NCBI GenBank assembly: GCA_963666055.2
Contig: CAXWPH010000015.1
Location: 1,920,001-1,984,000 of the forward strand
DNA from: Acidobacteriota bacterium
Lineage (GTDB): Bacteria > Acidobacteriota > UBA890 > WLXD01
Length of the DNA: 64,000 nt
Reading direction: 5' to 3'
Shown here piece by piece: positions 31,688 through 40,420 of this stretch. Position 1 is the stretch's first letter. Each line of letters opens with the position of its first letter. The position numbers and the translations under genes are program-made. The notes beneath the pieces were generated by a model. It made no database searches and was not told the DNA's origin. It saw only the letters and a program-made list of their open reading frames with translations.

Positions 31688-33205
31688 CTAGGGGTTCACG
31701 ATCGGGGTCAACAGCTGGTACAGGTCGTCGGCGAAAAAGAAGAGGGCCAGGCAACCTGCGGCCGTTGCGCAGAGCGCTACCAGGCAGAAGATCGGCGCTT
31801 CTTTGATCGACAATCCGCCGTTTGCCCCGAGCGCCGTTCCCTGTGACACACCACTGCCGTCGTCCTCGCCGGACGCTGACTCCGGAGGGGCGACGAAGAA
31901 TGCCCGCGCCACGATCGGCATCAGGTACGCGACGTTCAGCAGCGAGCTGATCATCAGAACGGCAACGAAGATGGCCTGCTCCGCTTCGAGCGCCCCGAGG
32001 GCCAGGAACCACTTACTCCACGCACCGCCGAACGGCGGCAGACCGATGACGCTGAGCGAGCCGATGAAGAAGGCCGTCATAGTAATCGGCATGGTGCGGC
32101 CGATGCCGTCCATGTCGCTGATCTCGGTCTTGTGGGCCGCCACGTAAATTGCGCCGGCGCAGAAAAAGAGGGTGATCTTGCCGAAGGCGTGCATGGCGAT
32201 GTGCATGCTGCCACCCAGCACACCGGCACTGGTCGCCAGCGCGGCGCCGAGAACGATGTACGAGAGCTGGCTCACCGTCGAGTAGGCCAGGCGCGCCTTC
32301 AGGTTGTCTTTCGTGAGGGCAACGAGCGAGGCCGCCAAGATCGTGAACGCGGCGACGTACATGAGCCAGGTGCTCAAACCCGTGTCCGTGAGCAATTCGA
32401 GCCCGAAGACGTAGACGATGATCTTCATCACCGTGAACACGCCGACCTTGACCACGGCGACGGCGTGCAGAAGCGCACTCACCGGGGTGGGCGCCACCAT
32501 CGCCGCCGGCAGCCAGCGATGGAACGGCATCAGCGCCGCCTTGCCCGTGCCGAAGGCGAAGAGCGCCAGCAACACAGCGAGGGTTCCCTTGTCGGCGGTC
32601 CCGGCCAGGATGCCGCCCGGACGGAAATCAAGCGTCCCCGCCAGGTGCCACGTCCAGATAATCGCGAACAACAGAAACACTACCGACGTGCTCAGCAGGA
32701 TGCCCAAATAGAGCCTGCCCCCCCGCATCGCGGCCTCGGTTCGATGATGGGTAACCAGAGGGTACGTGGATAGCGTCAGCACCTCGTAGAAGATAAACAG
32801 GGTGAGCAGGTTGGCGGCGAACGCGACGCCGATGGCAGCCGAGATCGCCACCGCGAAACAGGCGTAGAAGCGCGTCTGATCGACCTCGTGGCGCCCCCGC
32901 ATGTAGCCGATCGAATACACCGTGGTGGCGATCCACAGCCCTGAGGCCACGAGCGCGAACAGCATCCCGAGCGGCTCGACCTTGAACGCCATCCACAGGC
33001 CGGCCATGACTTCCACAACATTGGCCTCGGGGCGACCCCCGGCCTGCACTTCGGGCAGCAGCGTGACAACCACGGCAAGGAGGGCGCCGGCGGTGGCCAG
33101 GCTGGCCGCCTCGCGCAGATTCGGCCAACGGCGCAGCGCCACGACGAGCACGGCGCCGATCAACGGCAGACCGACCGCGACGTAAATGGCCGTCTGCGAG
33201 CTCAC
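31688..33205 (-). CDS. mrpD: Mrp antiporter subunit D-like (second copy)
   Basis: FYE.LT..TYPLV.H, KAALMPFH.WLP.AMVAPTPVSALLHAVAVVK and LAYSTVSQL motifs. GTG start overlaps the upstream TGA. Confidence 0.88.
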   Translation of the reverse strand: MSSQTAIYVAVGLPLIGAVLVVALRRWPNLREAASLATAGALLAVVVTLLPEVQAGGRPEANVVEVMAGLWMAFKVEPLGMLFALVASGLWIATTVYSIGYMRGRHEVDQTRFYACFAVAISAAIGVAFAANLLTLFIFYEVLTLSTYPLVTHHRTEAAMRGGRLYLGILLSTSVVFLLFAIIWTWHLAGTLDFRPGGILAGTADKGTLAVLLALFAFGTGKAALMPFHRWLPAAMVAPTPVSALLHAVAVVKVGVFTVMKIIVYVFGLELLTDTGLSTWLMYVAAFTILAASLVALTKDNLKARLAYSTVSQLSYIVLGAALATSAGVLGGSMHIAMHAFGKITLFFCAGAIYVAAHKTEISDMDGIGRTMPITMTAFFIGSLSVIGLPPFGGAWSKWFLALGALEAEQAIFVAVLMISSLLNVAYLMPIVARAFFVAPPESASGEDDGSGVSQGTALGANGGLSIKEAPIFCLVALCATAAGCLALFFFADDLYQLLTPIVNP

Positions 33206-34689
33206 GGTGAAATCGCCAACAAAGATTCTGCCGCCATCCGAGCAATTCCGGCGGTCAGGTCGGTCGTGATGCCGAAGTAGAAGATAGCGATCACCAGAGC
33301 CCACATGGGAAGCAGTAGAGAAAGTGGTGCCTCGGTGATCGCGCCCTCACCCTCGACCGCCGGTGGCTCGGCGAAGTAAGCGACCTCGACAACCCTCCAC
33401 ACGTATACAGCGGCCAGCAGCGAGCTCAGCAGCACCACCACTGCTACCGGCCACAGGCCCTGCTCGAGCGCGGCGAGCACCAGGTACCACTTGGAGATGA
33501 AGCCCACGGTCAGCGGCACGCCGATGAGGCTGAGGCCACCGGCGACGAAAGCGGCCATCGTCCACGGCATACGGCGGCCCAGGCCGCGCATCTCGTCGAT
33601 GTGGACCGAGCCGCAGCGCATTACGATGCAGCCCATCGCCAGGAACATGGCGCATTTCATCAAGCCGTGGTTGAAGAGGTGAACGATGCCCCCGGTCAAC
33701 CCGTTGACCGAGGCGAAGCTGATGCCGAGAACCATGTAGCCGATTTGGGCGACGCTCGAATACGCCAGCATGCGCTTGATGTTGTTCTGGAAGATCGCCA
33801 CCAGCGACGCGGTGACGATGCCAATCAGGGCGAGGGGCATCAGGAACACCCAAAGCCGCAGCGACTCGAAGGCGAACTCGTACCCGAAGACCGTGAAGAA
33901 GAAGCGCAGCAGGATGTAGACGGAGACCTTCGTCGCCGTTGCGGCGATAAAGGCGGTAACAACCGACGGGGCGTAGGCGTACGCGTTGGGAAGCCACAGG
34001 TGCAGCGGAAAGAGAGCCATCTTCACGCTGATGCCGACGACGAAGAACCCAAAGGCGACCAGCACCGTGCGGGTGTCGCGCACGGATTCGAGCTGCACGG
34101 CCATGTCCGCCATATTCAGCGTCCCCGTCATGATGTAGAGCAGGCCGATGCCGATCAGGATGAAGGTGGCGCCGAGCGTGCCCATGATGAGGTACTGGTA
34201 CGCCGAAGTGAGTGCTCTCCGATCCTGCCCCATGCTGATCAGCACATAGGACGACAGCGCCGAGATCTCCAGGAAAACGAAGACGTTGAAGAGGTCGCCG
34301 GTGGCGGCGATGCCGAGCAGGCCGGTCAGACACAGAAGATAAGCGGTGTAGAAGAGGTAGTGGCGCTGGTAGCGGGGCAGCTCCACCGAGATGCTCGCCG
34401 GCGACCAGGTGGCGACAATCGCCCCGATCCCGGCCACCAGAATGAGCACGAAGGCGTTGAGCAGATCGATCCGGTACTCGATGCCCCACGGCGGCGGCCA
34501 ACCGCCAAGCTCGTAGGAAATGATGCCCTGATCGAGGACGCGGAGCATCAGTAGCACAGAGAGCGCAAAGGTCAGCCACGTAACCGCGATGGCGAAGCCG
34601 GTCACCAGCGCGCGTCGCCGCAGCAGCAGGCACAGAGGCGCCGCCAGCAGCGGCGCCAGCACGACCAGGACGGGGAGATGGTCCTCCAT
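33202..34689 (-). CDS. mrpD: Mrp antiporter subunit D (first copy)
   Basis: GWPPPWGIEY, GDLFNVFVFLEI, KMALFPLH.WLP.AY, KRMLAYSS and GF.SKW motifs. Confidence 0.92.
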   Translation of the reverse strand: MEDHLPVLVVLAPLLAAPLCLLLRRRALVTGFAIAVTWLTFALSVLLMLRVLDQGIISYELGGWPPPWGIEYRIDLLNAFVLILVAGIGAIVATWSPASISVELPRYQRHYLFYTAYLLCLTGLLGIAATGDLFNVFVFLEISALSSYVLISMGQDRRALTSAYQYLIMGTLGATFILIGIGLLYIMTGTLNMADMAVQLESVRDTRTVLVAFGFFVVGISVKMALFPLHLWLPNAYAYAPSVVTAFIAATATKVSVYILLRFFFTVFGYEFAFESLRLWVFLMPLALIGIVTASLVAIFQNNIKRMLAYSSVAQIGYMVLGISFASVNGLTGGIVHLFNHGLMKCAMFLAMGCIVMRCGSVHIDEMRGLGRRMPWTMAAFVAGGLSLIGVPLTVGFISKWYLVLAALEQGLWPVAVVVLLSSLLAAVYVWRVVEVAYFAEPPAVEGEGAITEAPLSLLLPMWALVIAIFYFGITTDLTAGIARMAAESLLAISP

Positions 34690-35045
34690 CAGGCCTCTAC
34701 ATCCTGAACGTGAATCTCGCCTTCCTCGATCGTCCCGTACTCTTCGTTGATGCGGACGACGAGCCCCAGGGCCACGGCGGTGGTGGCCACGCCGACGACA
34801 ATGGCGGTGAGGATGAGAACCCCGGGGAGCGGGTTGGAGTAGATCTCGAAGCCCTCGGCGAGAATCGGTGCCGTGCCGCCGTCCACCTTGCCAACGGTGA
34901 TGAAGAGCAGGAACACCGAGGTCTGGAAGATACTGAGACCGATGACCTTCTTGATGAGATTGTCCCGCGCCACGACGATGTAGAAGCCCGTCATCATCAA
35001 CACGATGACCACCCAGTAGTTGTACAGCCCCAACACGTCCGCCAT
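34689..35045 (-). CDS. mrpC: Mrp antiporter subunit C
   Basis: NLIKKVIGL, NPLP.VLILTAIVVG and YGTIE motifs. Confidence 0.92.
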   Translation of the reverse strand: MADVLGLYNYWVVIVLMMTGFYIVVARDNLIKKVIGLSIFQTSVFLLFITVGKVDGGTAPILAEGFEIYSNPLPGVLILTAIVVGVATTAVALGLVVRINEEYGTIEEGEIHVQDVEA

Positions 35046-35464
35046 CAGCTTCGCACCGTCTCGCCGAAGGCGTAGAAGATCGAGATCATCACCCCGGCGA
35101 CCGTCGTCCCCACGCCGAGCTCGACGAGCAATATGCCGAGGTGCTGACCGTGCACGGGATCGTGCTGCAGCACGCTGTAGTTGAGAAAGGTGCCGCCCTT
35201 GAGCATGGTGACAACGCCGACGCCGATATACAGCAACAGCCCCAGCGGAATCAGCAACTGGACGATCCGCGGGCTCAACGCTCGCTGGGAGGCACGAAGA
35301 TCGAAGACGATTGCGTGGAGGATGACACCAGCGGCAAAGATAACTCCGGCTTGGAAGCCGCCGCCCGGGCCATAGTCACCGTGCCATTGAACGTAGAGGG
35401 CGTACAGGAGTATGTAGGGAATGAGCAGCTTGGCGGCGACGCGTGGAATGCTCTGGCGCTTCAT
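35045..35464 (-). CDS. mrpB: Mrp antiporter subunit B
   Basis: HGDYGPGGGFQAG and VELGVG motifs. Start at MKRQ. Confidence 0.9.
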   Translation of the reverse strand: MKRQSIPRVAAKLLIPYILLYALYVQWHGDYGPGGGFQAGVIFAAGVILHAIVFDLRASQRALSPRIVQLLIPLGLLLYIGVGVVTMLKGGTFLNYSVLQHDPVHGQHLGILLVELGVGTTVAGVMISIFYAFGETVRS

Positions 35465-36015
35465 TCGTCGTCCTCGTCGGCCACCCACCGGCGCCGTCGC
35501 GCGCCCCCCAACAGGATCAGCACGCCGATTCCGGCCGTGAAGATCACCGCGGTCTCACCCAGGGTGTCGTAGCCGCGATAGCTCGCCAGCACCGCGGTCA
35601 CCAGGTTAGGCACCGCCACTTCGTGCGGTGACTCGTCGATGTAGCGAGGCGCCACGTGGCGGTGTACCTGGGCGTCGGGATCGCCGAGTCGCGGCATGTC
35701 GATGGTGCCGTACACCAGCGCGGCGCCGGTGATGAGAATGACGATCAGCGGTAGCAACGGAGTGTGCTCGGGCTCCTTCTCCTCCGAGGTCGTCAGCGAC
35801 AACGTGACGAGGATGAGGACCGTCGAGATTCCCGCACCCACCGAGGCCTCGGTGAACGCGACATCGGGTTGGTCGAGCACGCTCATCCAGCAGGCACCCA
35901 ACAGGCTGTAAATTCCGGCGACGATTGCCGCCGAAAAGAGCCCGCGGAGCCGGGCGATGCGCACCGCCGTCGCCACCAACAACGCCAGCAGGACTAGGTC
36001 GATGATGACGTCGAT
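35461..36015 (-). CDS. DUF4040 / MrpA-C-terminal-like (MrpB-related) subunit, probable ATC start
   Basis: PDVAFTEASVGAG and PNLVTAVLASYRGYDTLGE motifs. The frame extends to IDVIIDLVLL, preceded by the SD-like AAAGGACGGTGA. Confidence 0.85.
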   Translation of the reverse strand: MDVIIDLVLLALLVATAVRIARLRGLFSAAIVAGIYSLLGACWMSVLDQPDVAFTEASVGAGISTVLILVTLSLTTSEEKEPEHTPLLPLIVILITGAALVYGTIDMPRLGDPDAQVHRHVAPRYIDESPHEVAVPNLVTAVLASYRGYDTLGETAVIFTAGIGVLILLGGARRRRWVADEDDE

Positions 36016-36329
36016 GTCTCACCGTCCTTTCCGTCCAGCATCGGCTCCAAGCCGCGGGTGTAGGCCGCGTGGGCGATGGCGTGGGTTGCCGTCGGGCTGG
36101 TTATGTATATGAAAAAGAGGATGAAAACGAGCTTCGCGGTTACCAGCGAAACCCCCGCCTGCAGCATGAGCCCGATGAGAATGAGCGCCGCGCCCAACGT
36201 GTCGATGACACCGGCGCCGTGCAACCGAGTGTAGAAATCTGGCAGCCGGCAAAGCCCGAGCGCCCCCGCAACACAGAAGAAAGAGCCGCCCAGAAGCAGC
36301 GCCCAGCTGAGAACGTTGATCACGTTCAT
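35994..36329 (-). CDS. mrpG: Mrp antiporter subunit G
   Basis: RLPDFYTRLH.A..DTLG and TSP.A.HA.A.AA motifs. Confidence 0.92.
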   Translation of the reverse strand: MNVINVLSWALLLGGSFFCVAGALGLCRLPDFYTRLHGAGVIDTLGAALILIGLMLQAGVSLVTAKLVFILFFIYITSPTATHAIAHAAYTRGLEPMLDGKDGETSTSSST

Positions 36330-36336
36330 CCGCGCG

Positions 36337-36630
36337 TTATGCTCCTTCGGCGTCCGTCGACTCTTGGTCGGGCACCTCGGCCAGGTCGCCGTATTTGAAG
36401 TACTTGAGCACGGCGAGTGTGCCGATGAAGTTGATCAGCGCGTAGACAAGCGCCAGATCGAGGAAATCCGGGCGACCGTTCAAGAACCCCAGCACGGCGA
36501 TAAACAAGACCGTGGCGGTACCGAAGCTGTTCACGGCCATCACACGGTCGTAGACGGTCGGACCGAGCGCGGCACGGAGCAGCGCCAGAGTCATGGTGAC
36601 CAGGATAGCAACCATCGCCGTCGCGAACAT
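36337..36630 (-). CDS. mrpF: Mrp antiporter subunit F
   Basis: GPTVYDRV.A.N and LD.ALVYALINFIG motifs. Confidence 0.92.
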   Translation of the reverse strand: MFATAMVAILVTMTLALLRAALGPTVYDRVMAVNSFGTATVLFIAVLGFLNGRPDFLDLALVYALINFIGTLAVLKYFKYGDLAEVPDQESTDAEGA

Positions 36631-37130
36631 CAATCGGCTCCCTCCAGCCGCGTGACGCGCTGATCCATCTCTCCGGTCTCCACTCCTGCCGCCGCTTCAC
36701 GGCTCAACGCGTGCACGGTGATGGTGGCGGCATCGAGCAGGACCGAGACCGTTCCGGGGGTGAGCGTGATCGAGTTGGCGTACACCACCTGGGCGAACTC
36801 GCTGCGTTGGCCGGCCGCGACCTCGATGACGTTGGGGCTGATCGGTAGCCGCGGGTGGAGGATTCTCCGCACCACGTCGAGGTTGGCCTTGACGATCTCC
36901 CAGGCCAGCCAAGGAATGTACAGCAGCACGCGAACGTTGACGAAATCGACCGGAGCGCCCTCGGCGTCGACGATATTCATGCGCACGGCGATCAGCACGA
37001 CGAGTGCCGTGGAGACGACCCCCATCGCCAGCAGCAGCGGCTCGAAGTGCTGGCCCCAAGGAAACGACATCCCCGACCACAACTGCCAGGCGGCGAAGAG
37101 GAACAGACCGAGGGTGGCGGAGCGTTTCAT
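36630..37130 (-). CDS. mrpE: Mrp antiporter subunit E
   Basis: EIVKAN.DV, ANSITLTPGT and VHAL motifs. Start at MKRSAT. Confidence 0.92.
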   Translation of the reverse strand: MKRSATLGLFLFAAWQLWSGMSFPWGQHFEPLLLAMGVVSTALVVLIAVRMNIVDAEGAPVDFVNVRVLLYIPWLAWEIVKANLDVVRRILHPRLPISPNVIEVAAGQRSEFAQVVYANSITLTPGTVSVLLDAATITVHALSREAAAGVETGEMDQRVTRLEGAD

Positions 37131-37437
37131 GTCAGTTTCCCAGTGCTGATTCGAGCGCCGCGTTGGTGCCGGAGAATCTGCCACGCCGCCCGCCGTATAC
37201 TCGCATCGGCTCACGTGGGCCTCAAGGCTGGTGATCGGCCATTCGCTTCGCGACGCGGCTGACCCCCTGGCGCCGGCTTGCCGAGGTCCTGACGCGGCGT
37301 AAGAATTTCGCCCGTGAGTGGCCGCTATCGGCCCGGGCAACGTGCCGACGGCGGGCGAACGCCGGACGATGGTATTCCGCAGATTCGGTGGCGCGAGGTT
37401 CCTCGAGGCACCCTCGAACCTGACAGAGTGGTTCTTG

Positions 37438-37462
37438 TAAACTATTGATATATAAGAGGTTA
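37438..37462. promoter_or_regulatory. AT-rich TAA-N19-TTA site containing an IHF-consensus match
   Basis: The reverse complement of 37438-37450 is TATCAATAGTTTA, which matches WATCAANNNNTTR. An adjacent stem-loop lies at 37396-37421. Confidence 0.5.
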
Positions 37463-37463
37463 T

Positions 37464-37877
37464 CTATCTTTTCTGTCGAACCGAAGGGGTGCCCGCGGCG
37501 ACTCGTTCGGGGACGGGTACGGTAGCCTGCTCGGGACGCGGCGCCTTGCCGCGCGTCATCTCGCAGCGACCGCGGAAGTAGGCACCGGGTTCGATGACCA
37601 GCTTGCCGGTGTTGAGATCTGCTTCGACCCTGCCGCTGGCGTGGATGGTCACCCGTTCGGCGGCCCGCACCTGGCCGCTCAGTGCACCGTGCACCGCCAA
37701 CTCGCCGACTTCCACCTCGCCTTGAAGCACGGCGCGCGGCCCGAGGATCAGGGTCGCCGGCGAGAAGACCTTGCCGGTGAACTTGCCGTCGATGCGGACC
37801 GATCCCTTGAAATGCAGCGTCCCGTCAATCTCGGTGCCCTCTCCTAGATGACCGTCCAGGTTGCCCGGTGTACTCAT
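37464..37877 (-). CDS. Bactofilin (polymer-forming cytoskeletal protein)
   Basis: Repeating beta-helical G..I.G.L.F.G.VRIDG...G.V pattern and IEPGA.F.G.C.M. Confidence 0.92.
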   Translation of the reverse strand: MSTPGNLDGHLGEGTEIDGTLHFKGSVRIDGKFTGKVFSPATLILGPRAVLQGEVEVGELAVHGALSGQVRAAERVTIHASGRVEADLNTGKLVIEPGAYFRGRCEMTRGKAPRPEQATVPVPERVAAGTPSVRQKR

Positions 37878-37905
37878 CGCTCTCCTGAGAAACTTCGCCG
37901 GCGGC

Positions 37906-38754
37906 TCACTCGATGGCCGTCAACAGGTCGTAGATTCGGTTGAGTTCTTCCAGTGAGGTGAAGGTGATCTCGACCCTGCCGCGGTCCTTACCGCGGATGG
38001 CAACCGGTGTGCCGAGCGCTTTCGCCAGGCGTCGTTCGGCGGCCGCGACGTCGGGATCGATGGCGGGCGTTTCGGACCGGGCGGCTCGGGGGCTCTTCTC
38101 TGCCCGCACTCGCGCTTCGGTCTGTCGAACACTCAAGCCGCGTTTGACAACCTCCTCGGCGACCCGACGCTGTGCAGCCGCCGACGACAGCCCGAGCAGG
38201 GCGCGAGCGTGCCCCATCGTCAGGTCGTCGTCGACGAGTTGTTGCTGAATCGTCGCCGGAAGCGACAGCAGCCTGAGGTAGTTCGCTACGGTAGATCGCT
38301 CCTTGCCCACCCGCGCCGCCGTCTGTTCCTGCGTGAGCCCCATTTCGTCCACCAGGAGGTGGTAGGCACGTGCCTGCTCGATCGCATTCAGATCTTCGCG
38401 CTGAAGGTTCTCTATCAACGCCAGCTCCAACGACTCGCGCGGTGTCGCCTCTCGAACCACCGCCGGGATGCGCTCCAGGCCGGCGCGCTGTGCGCCACGC
38501 CAGCGTCGCTCTCCGGCGATCAGCTCGAATCCGTTTTCGGCTTCGCGGACGACAATTGGCTGAAGCACACCGTGAGCCATCAAAGATGCCGCCATCGAGT
38601 CGATCGACTCGTCGTCGAAGTTATCGCGCGGTTGCTGCGGGTTGGGGCGGATGAGATCGAGCTCCAACTCGAGCAGCCGCGAACGCGACACCTCCGTCGG
38701 CGTTGCCGCCGGGATCAGAGCGTCAAGCCCGCGCCCGAGTACCTTCCGTGCCAT
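37906..38754 (-). CDS. parB: Chromosome partitioning protein ParB
   Basis: LGRGL, NP.QPR, IAGERRWR, ENLQREDL, and HTH RSTVANYLRLL. Confidence 0.96.
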   Translation of the reverse strand: MARKVLGRGLDALIPAATPTEVSRSRLLELELDLIRPNPQQPRDNFDDESIDSMAASLMAHGVLQPIVVREAENGFELIAGERRWRGAQRAGLERIPAVVREATPRESLELALIENLQREDLNAIEQARAYHLLVDEMGLTQEQTAARVGKERSTVANYLRLLSLPATIQQQLVDDDLTMGHARALLGLSSAAAQRRVAEEVVKRGLSVRQTEARVRAEKSPRAARSETPAIDPDVAAAERRLAKALGTPVAIRGKDRGRVEITFTSLEELNRIYDLLTAIE

Positions 38755-39508
38755 TCCGTACCACCTCGCGCATCAGTTTCAGGTATGCCTGCGCCCCCGC
38801 AGAGCGCAGATCGTACAGGATGATGGGCATGCCGAAGCTCGGCGCCTCCCCGAGACGCACGTTGCGCGGCACCTCGGCAACGAAGACATCCTTCGCGAAG
38901 TGTCGGCGCACATCGTTGATTACCTGTCTGGTGAGATTCATTCGCGGATCGACCATCGTCAGAAGGATACCCTCGAGCCGCAACTTCGGGTTCATCCCAG
39001 AGCGCACCCGCTCGAGCGTGTCCATCATACGGCTGAGTCCCTCCAGGGCAAGATACTCGCACTGGATCGGGATGATCACGCTGTCGCAGGCAACCAACGC
39101 GTTCAGCGTGAGAAGCCCCAGCGCTGGCGGGCAGTCGATGACGATAAAGTCGTAGTCGGACCGCACCGGCGCGATCGCCGCACGCAGGCGCGTGGCACGA
39201 TCGGCCACTTCTACAAGCTCCAACTCGGCACCGACGAGGGTCGGTGCGGCCGGCGACACGGTTAGTTGATCGAGGGCTGCAGTTATTGCTGTAGCGGCTA
39301 GCGTGGCGGTGCCGGTGAGCACCTCATAGGTTGTCGGTTGTCCCGCTGGCGCGGCGACCCCTACGGAGCTGGTGGCGTTGGCTTGCGGGTCGATATCGAT
39401 GAGCAATGTCGGCAAGTCGGCGGCCGCCAGGCAGGCGGCGAGATTCACCGCCGTCGTGGTCTTTCCGACCCCGCCCTTCTGGTTGGTGACGGCGATAACC
39501 CGTGCCAT
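38723..39508 (-). CDS. parA: Chromosome partitioning ATPase ParA/Soj
   Basis: NQKGGVGKTT, DPQAN, IDCPP and RNVRL.EAPSFG motifs. Start at MARVIAV. Confidence 0.96.
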   Translation of the reverse strand: MARVIAVTNQKGGVGKTTTAVNLAACLAAADLPTLLIDIDPQANATSSVGVAAPAGQPTTYEVLTGTATLAATAITAALDQLTVSPAAPTLVGAELELVEVADRATRLRAAIAPVRSDYDFIVIDCPPALGLLTLNALVACDSVIIPIQCEYLALEGLSRMMDTLERVRSGMNPKLRLEGILLTMVDPRMNLTRQVINDVRRHFAKDVFVAEVPRNVRLGEAPSFGMPIILYDLRSAGAQAYLKLMREVVRNGTEGTRARA

Positions 39509-39637
39509 GGCGCTTCCCGTGGCGGCCGCAGCGGCGCACATAAAGCCGCTGGCCCGGCGTCTCGATTGCCCAGGCGCCGAAATCGCGCCCCCGCGAGCCC
39601 CGGAGCGTAACACGATGACGACCCGCTGCGGCCCTCG

Positions 39638-39653
39638 AGTTCCACGTGGAACT
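39638..39653. promoter_or_regulatory. parS site 1
   Basis: AGTTCCACGTGGAACT is a perfect palindrome matching the parS consensus TGTT[TC]CACGTG[AG]AACA. Confidence 0.9.
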
Positions 39654-39666
39654 CTTGCGTTTGGTG

Positions 39667-39682
39667 TGTTCCACGTGGAACC
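39667..39682. promoter_or_regulatory. parS site 2
   Basis: TGTTCCACGTGGAACC, starting 29 bp after site 1. Confidence 0.9.
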
Positions 39683-39714
39683 ACATGCGTCGCTCGGGCT
39701 GCTGGCTGTGGCGG

Positions 39715-40419
39715 CTAGGCCCCGAGCTCCAGCGATACAAGATATGCCGCGTCGAGGTGAGGGAGCGGCTCGGCCTGCTTTACGACCCAGCCGGCTCGGG
39801 CCGCCAGGCGCCATTGGCGATCGCTCGGTTTCGCGACAGCGCCACCGGTCGAGAGATTGCGGCGCAGGGCGCGCAAAGTCTCCTCTCCCACGAACAGCAG
39901 CGCCCGGCCTCCGGGTACCATGATGGGCGCCACGATCCCCAGCAGGGGGCCCCATCCGGTCCAGGCACGCGCCGTGAGCACATGCACGGGTTGCGGGATG
40001 TTGCCCGACTCGATTGCCGCCTCGAGCCGTTCATCGATCACCGACACGCCCTCCAACCCGAGCGCGTCGACGACCTCTCTGAGGAACGTCGCTTTCTTAC
40101 CGTTCGATTCGACCAGCACACAATCGCGATCCGGGTCGAGGATCTTCAGCGGCAGCCCGGGGACTCCGGCCCCAGAACCGACGTCCAGCACCACGGGCCC
40201 CGCCCCGGCCAGGTGCCGTACTGCGAGTGCTGGTTCGACGAAATGTCGCAAGACCGCGGTGCGGCGATCGCGGATGGCGGTGAGGTTGATGTGCTGGTTC
40301 CAGCGCTCCAGCAGCTGCAAATACAGGGTGAACTGCGCTAGTTGCTCAGGAAGGAGATATGGGCGGTAGTGTTCGAAACCCTCCCGGACCGCGCGTGCAG
40401 CGTCCTCGTCGCCGTCCAC
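39715..40419 (-). CDS. rsmG: 16S rRNA (guanine527-N7)-methyltransferase
   Basis: WN..INLTAI, LDVGSGAGVPG, KK..FL and TARA motifs; located upstream of parA. Confidence 0.92.
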   Translation of the reverse strand: MDGDEDAARAVREGFEHYRPYLLPEQLAQFTLYLQLLERWNQHINLTAIRDRRTAVLRHFVEPALAVRHLAGAGPVVLDVGSGAGVPGLPLKILDPDRDCVLVESNGKKATFLREVVDALGLEGVSVIDERLEAAIESGNIPQPVHVLTARAWTGWGPLLGIVAPIMVPGGRALLFVGEETLRALRRNLSTGGAVAKPSDRQWRLAARAGWVVKQAEPLPHLDAAYLVSLELGA

Positions 40420-40420
40420 G

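Noticed and set aside
33347-34633. 428-aa alternative-frame ORF inside mrpD
   Set aside because: Arg/Pro/His-rich off-frame translation with no independent evidence.
37131-37395. Na+/Li+ riboswitch upstream of mrpE
   Set aside because: The location is plausible, but I could not recognise a consensus by eye. An Rfam scan is needed.
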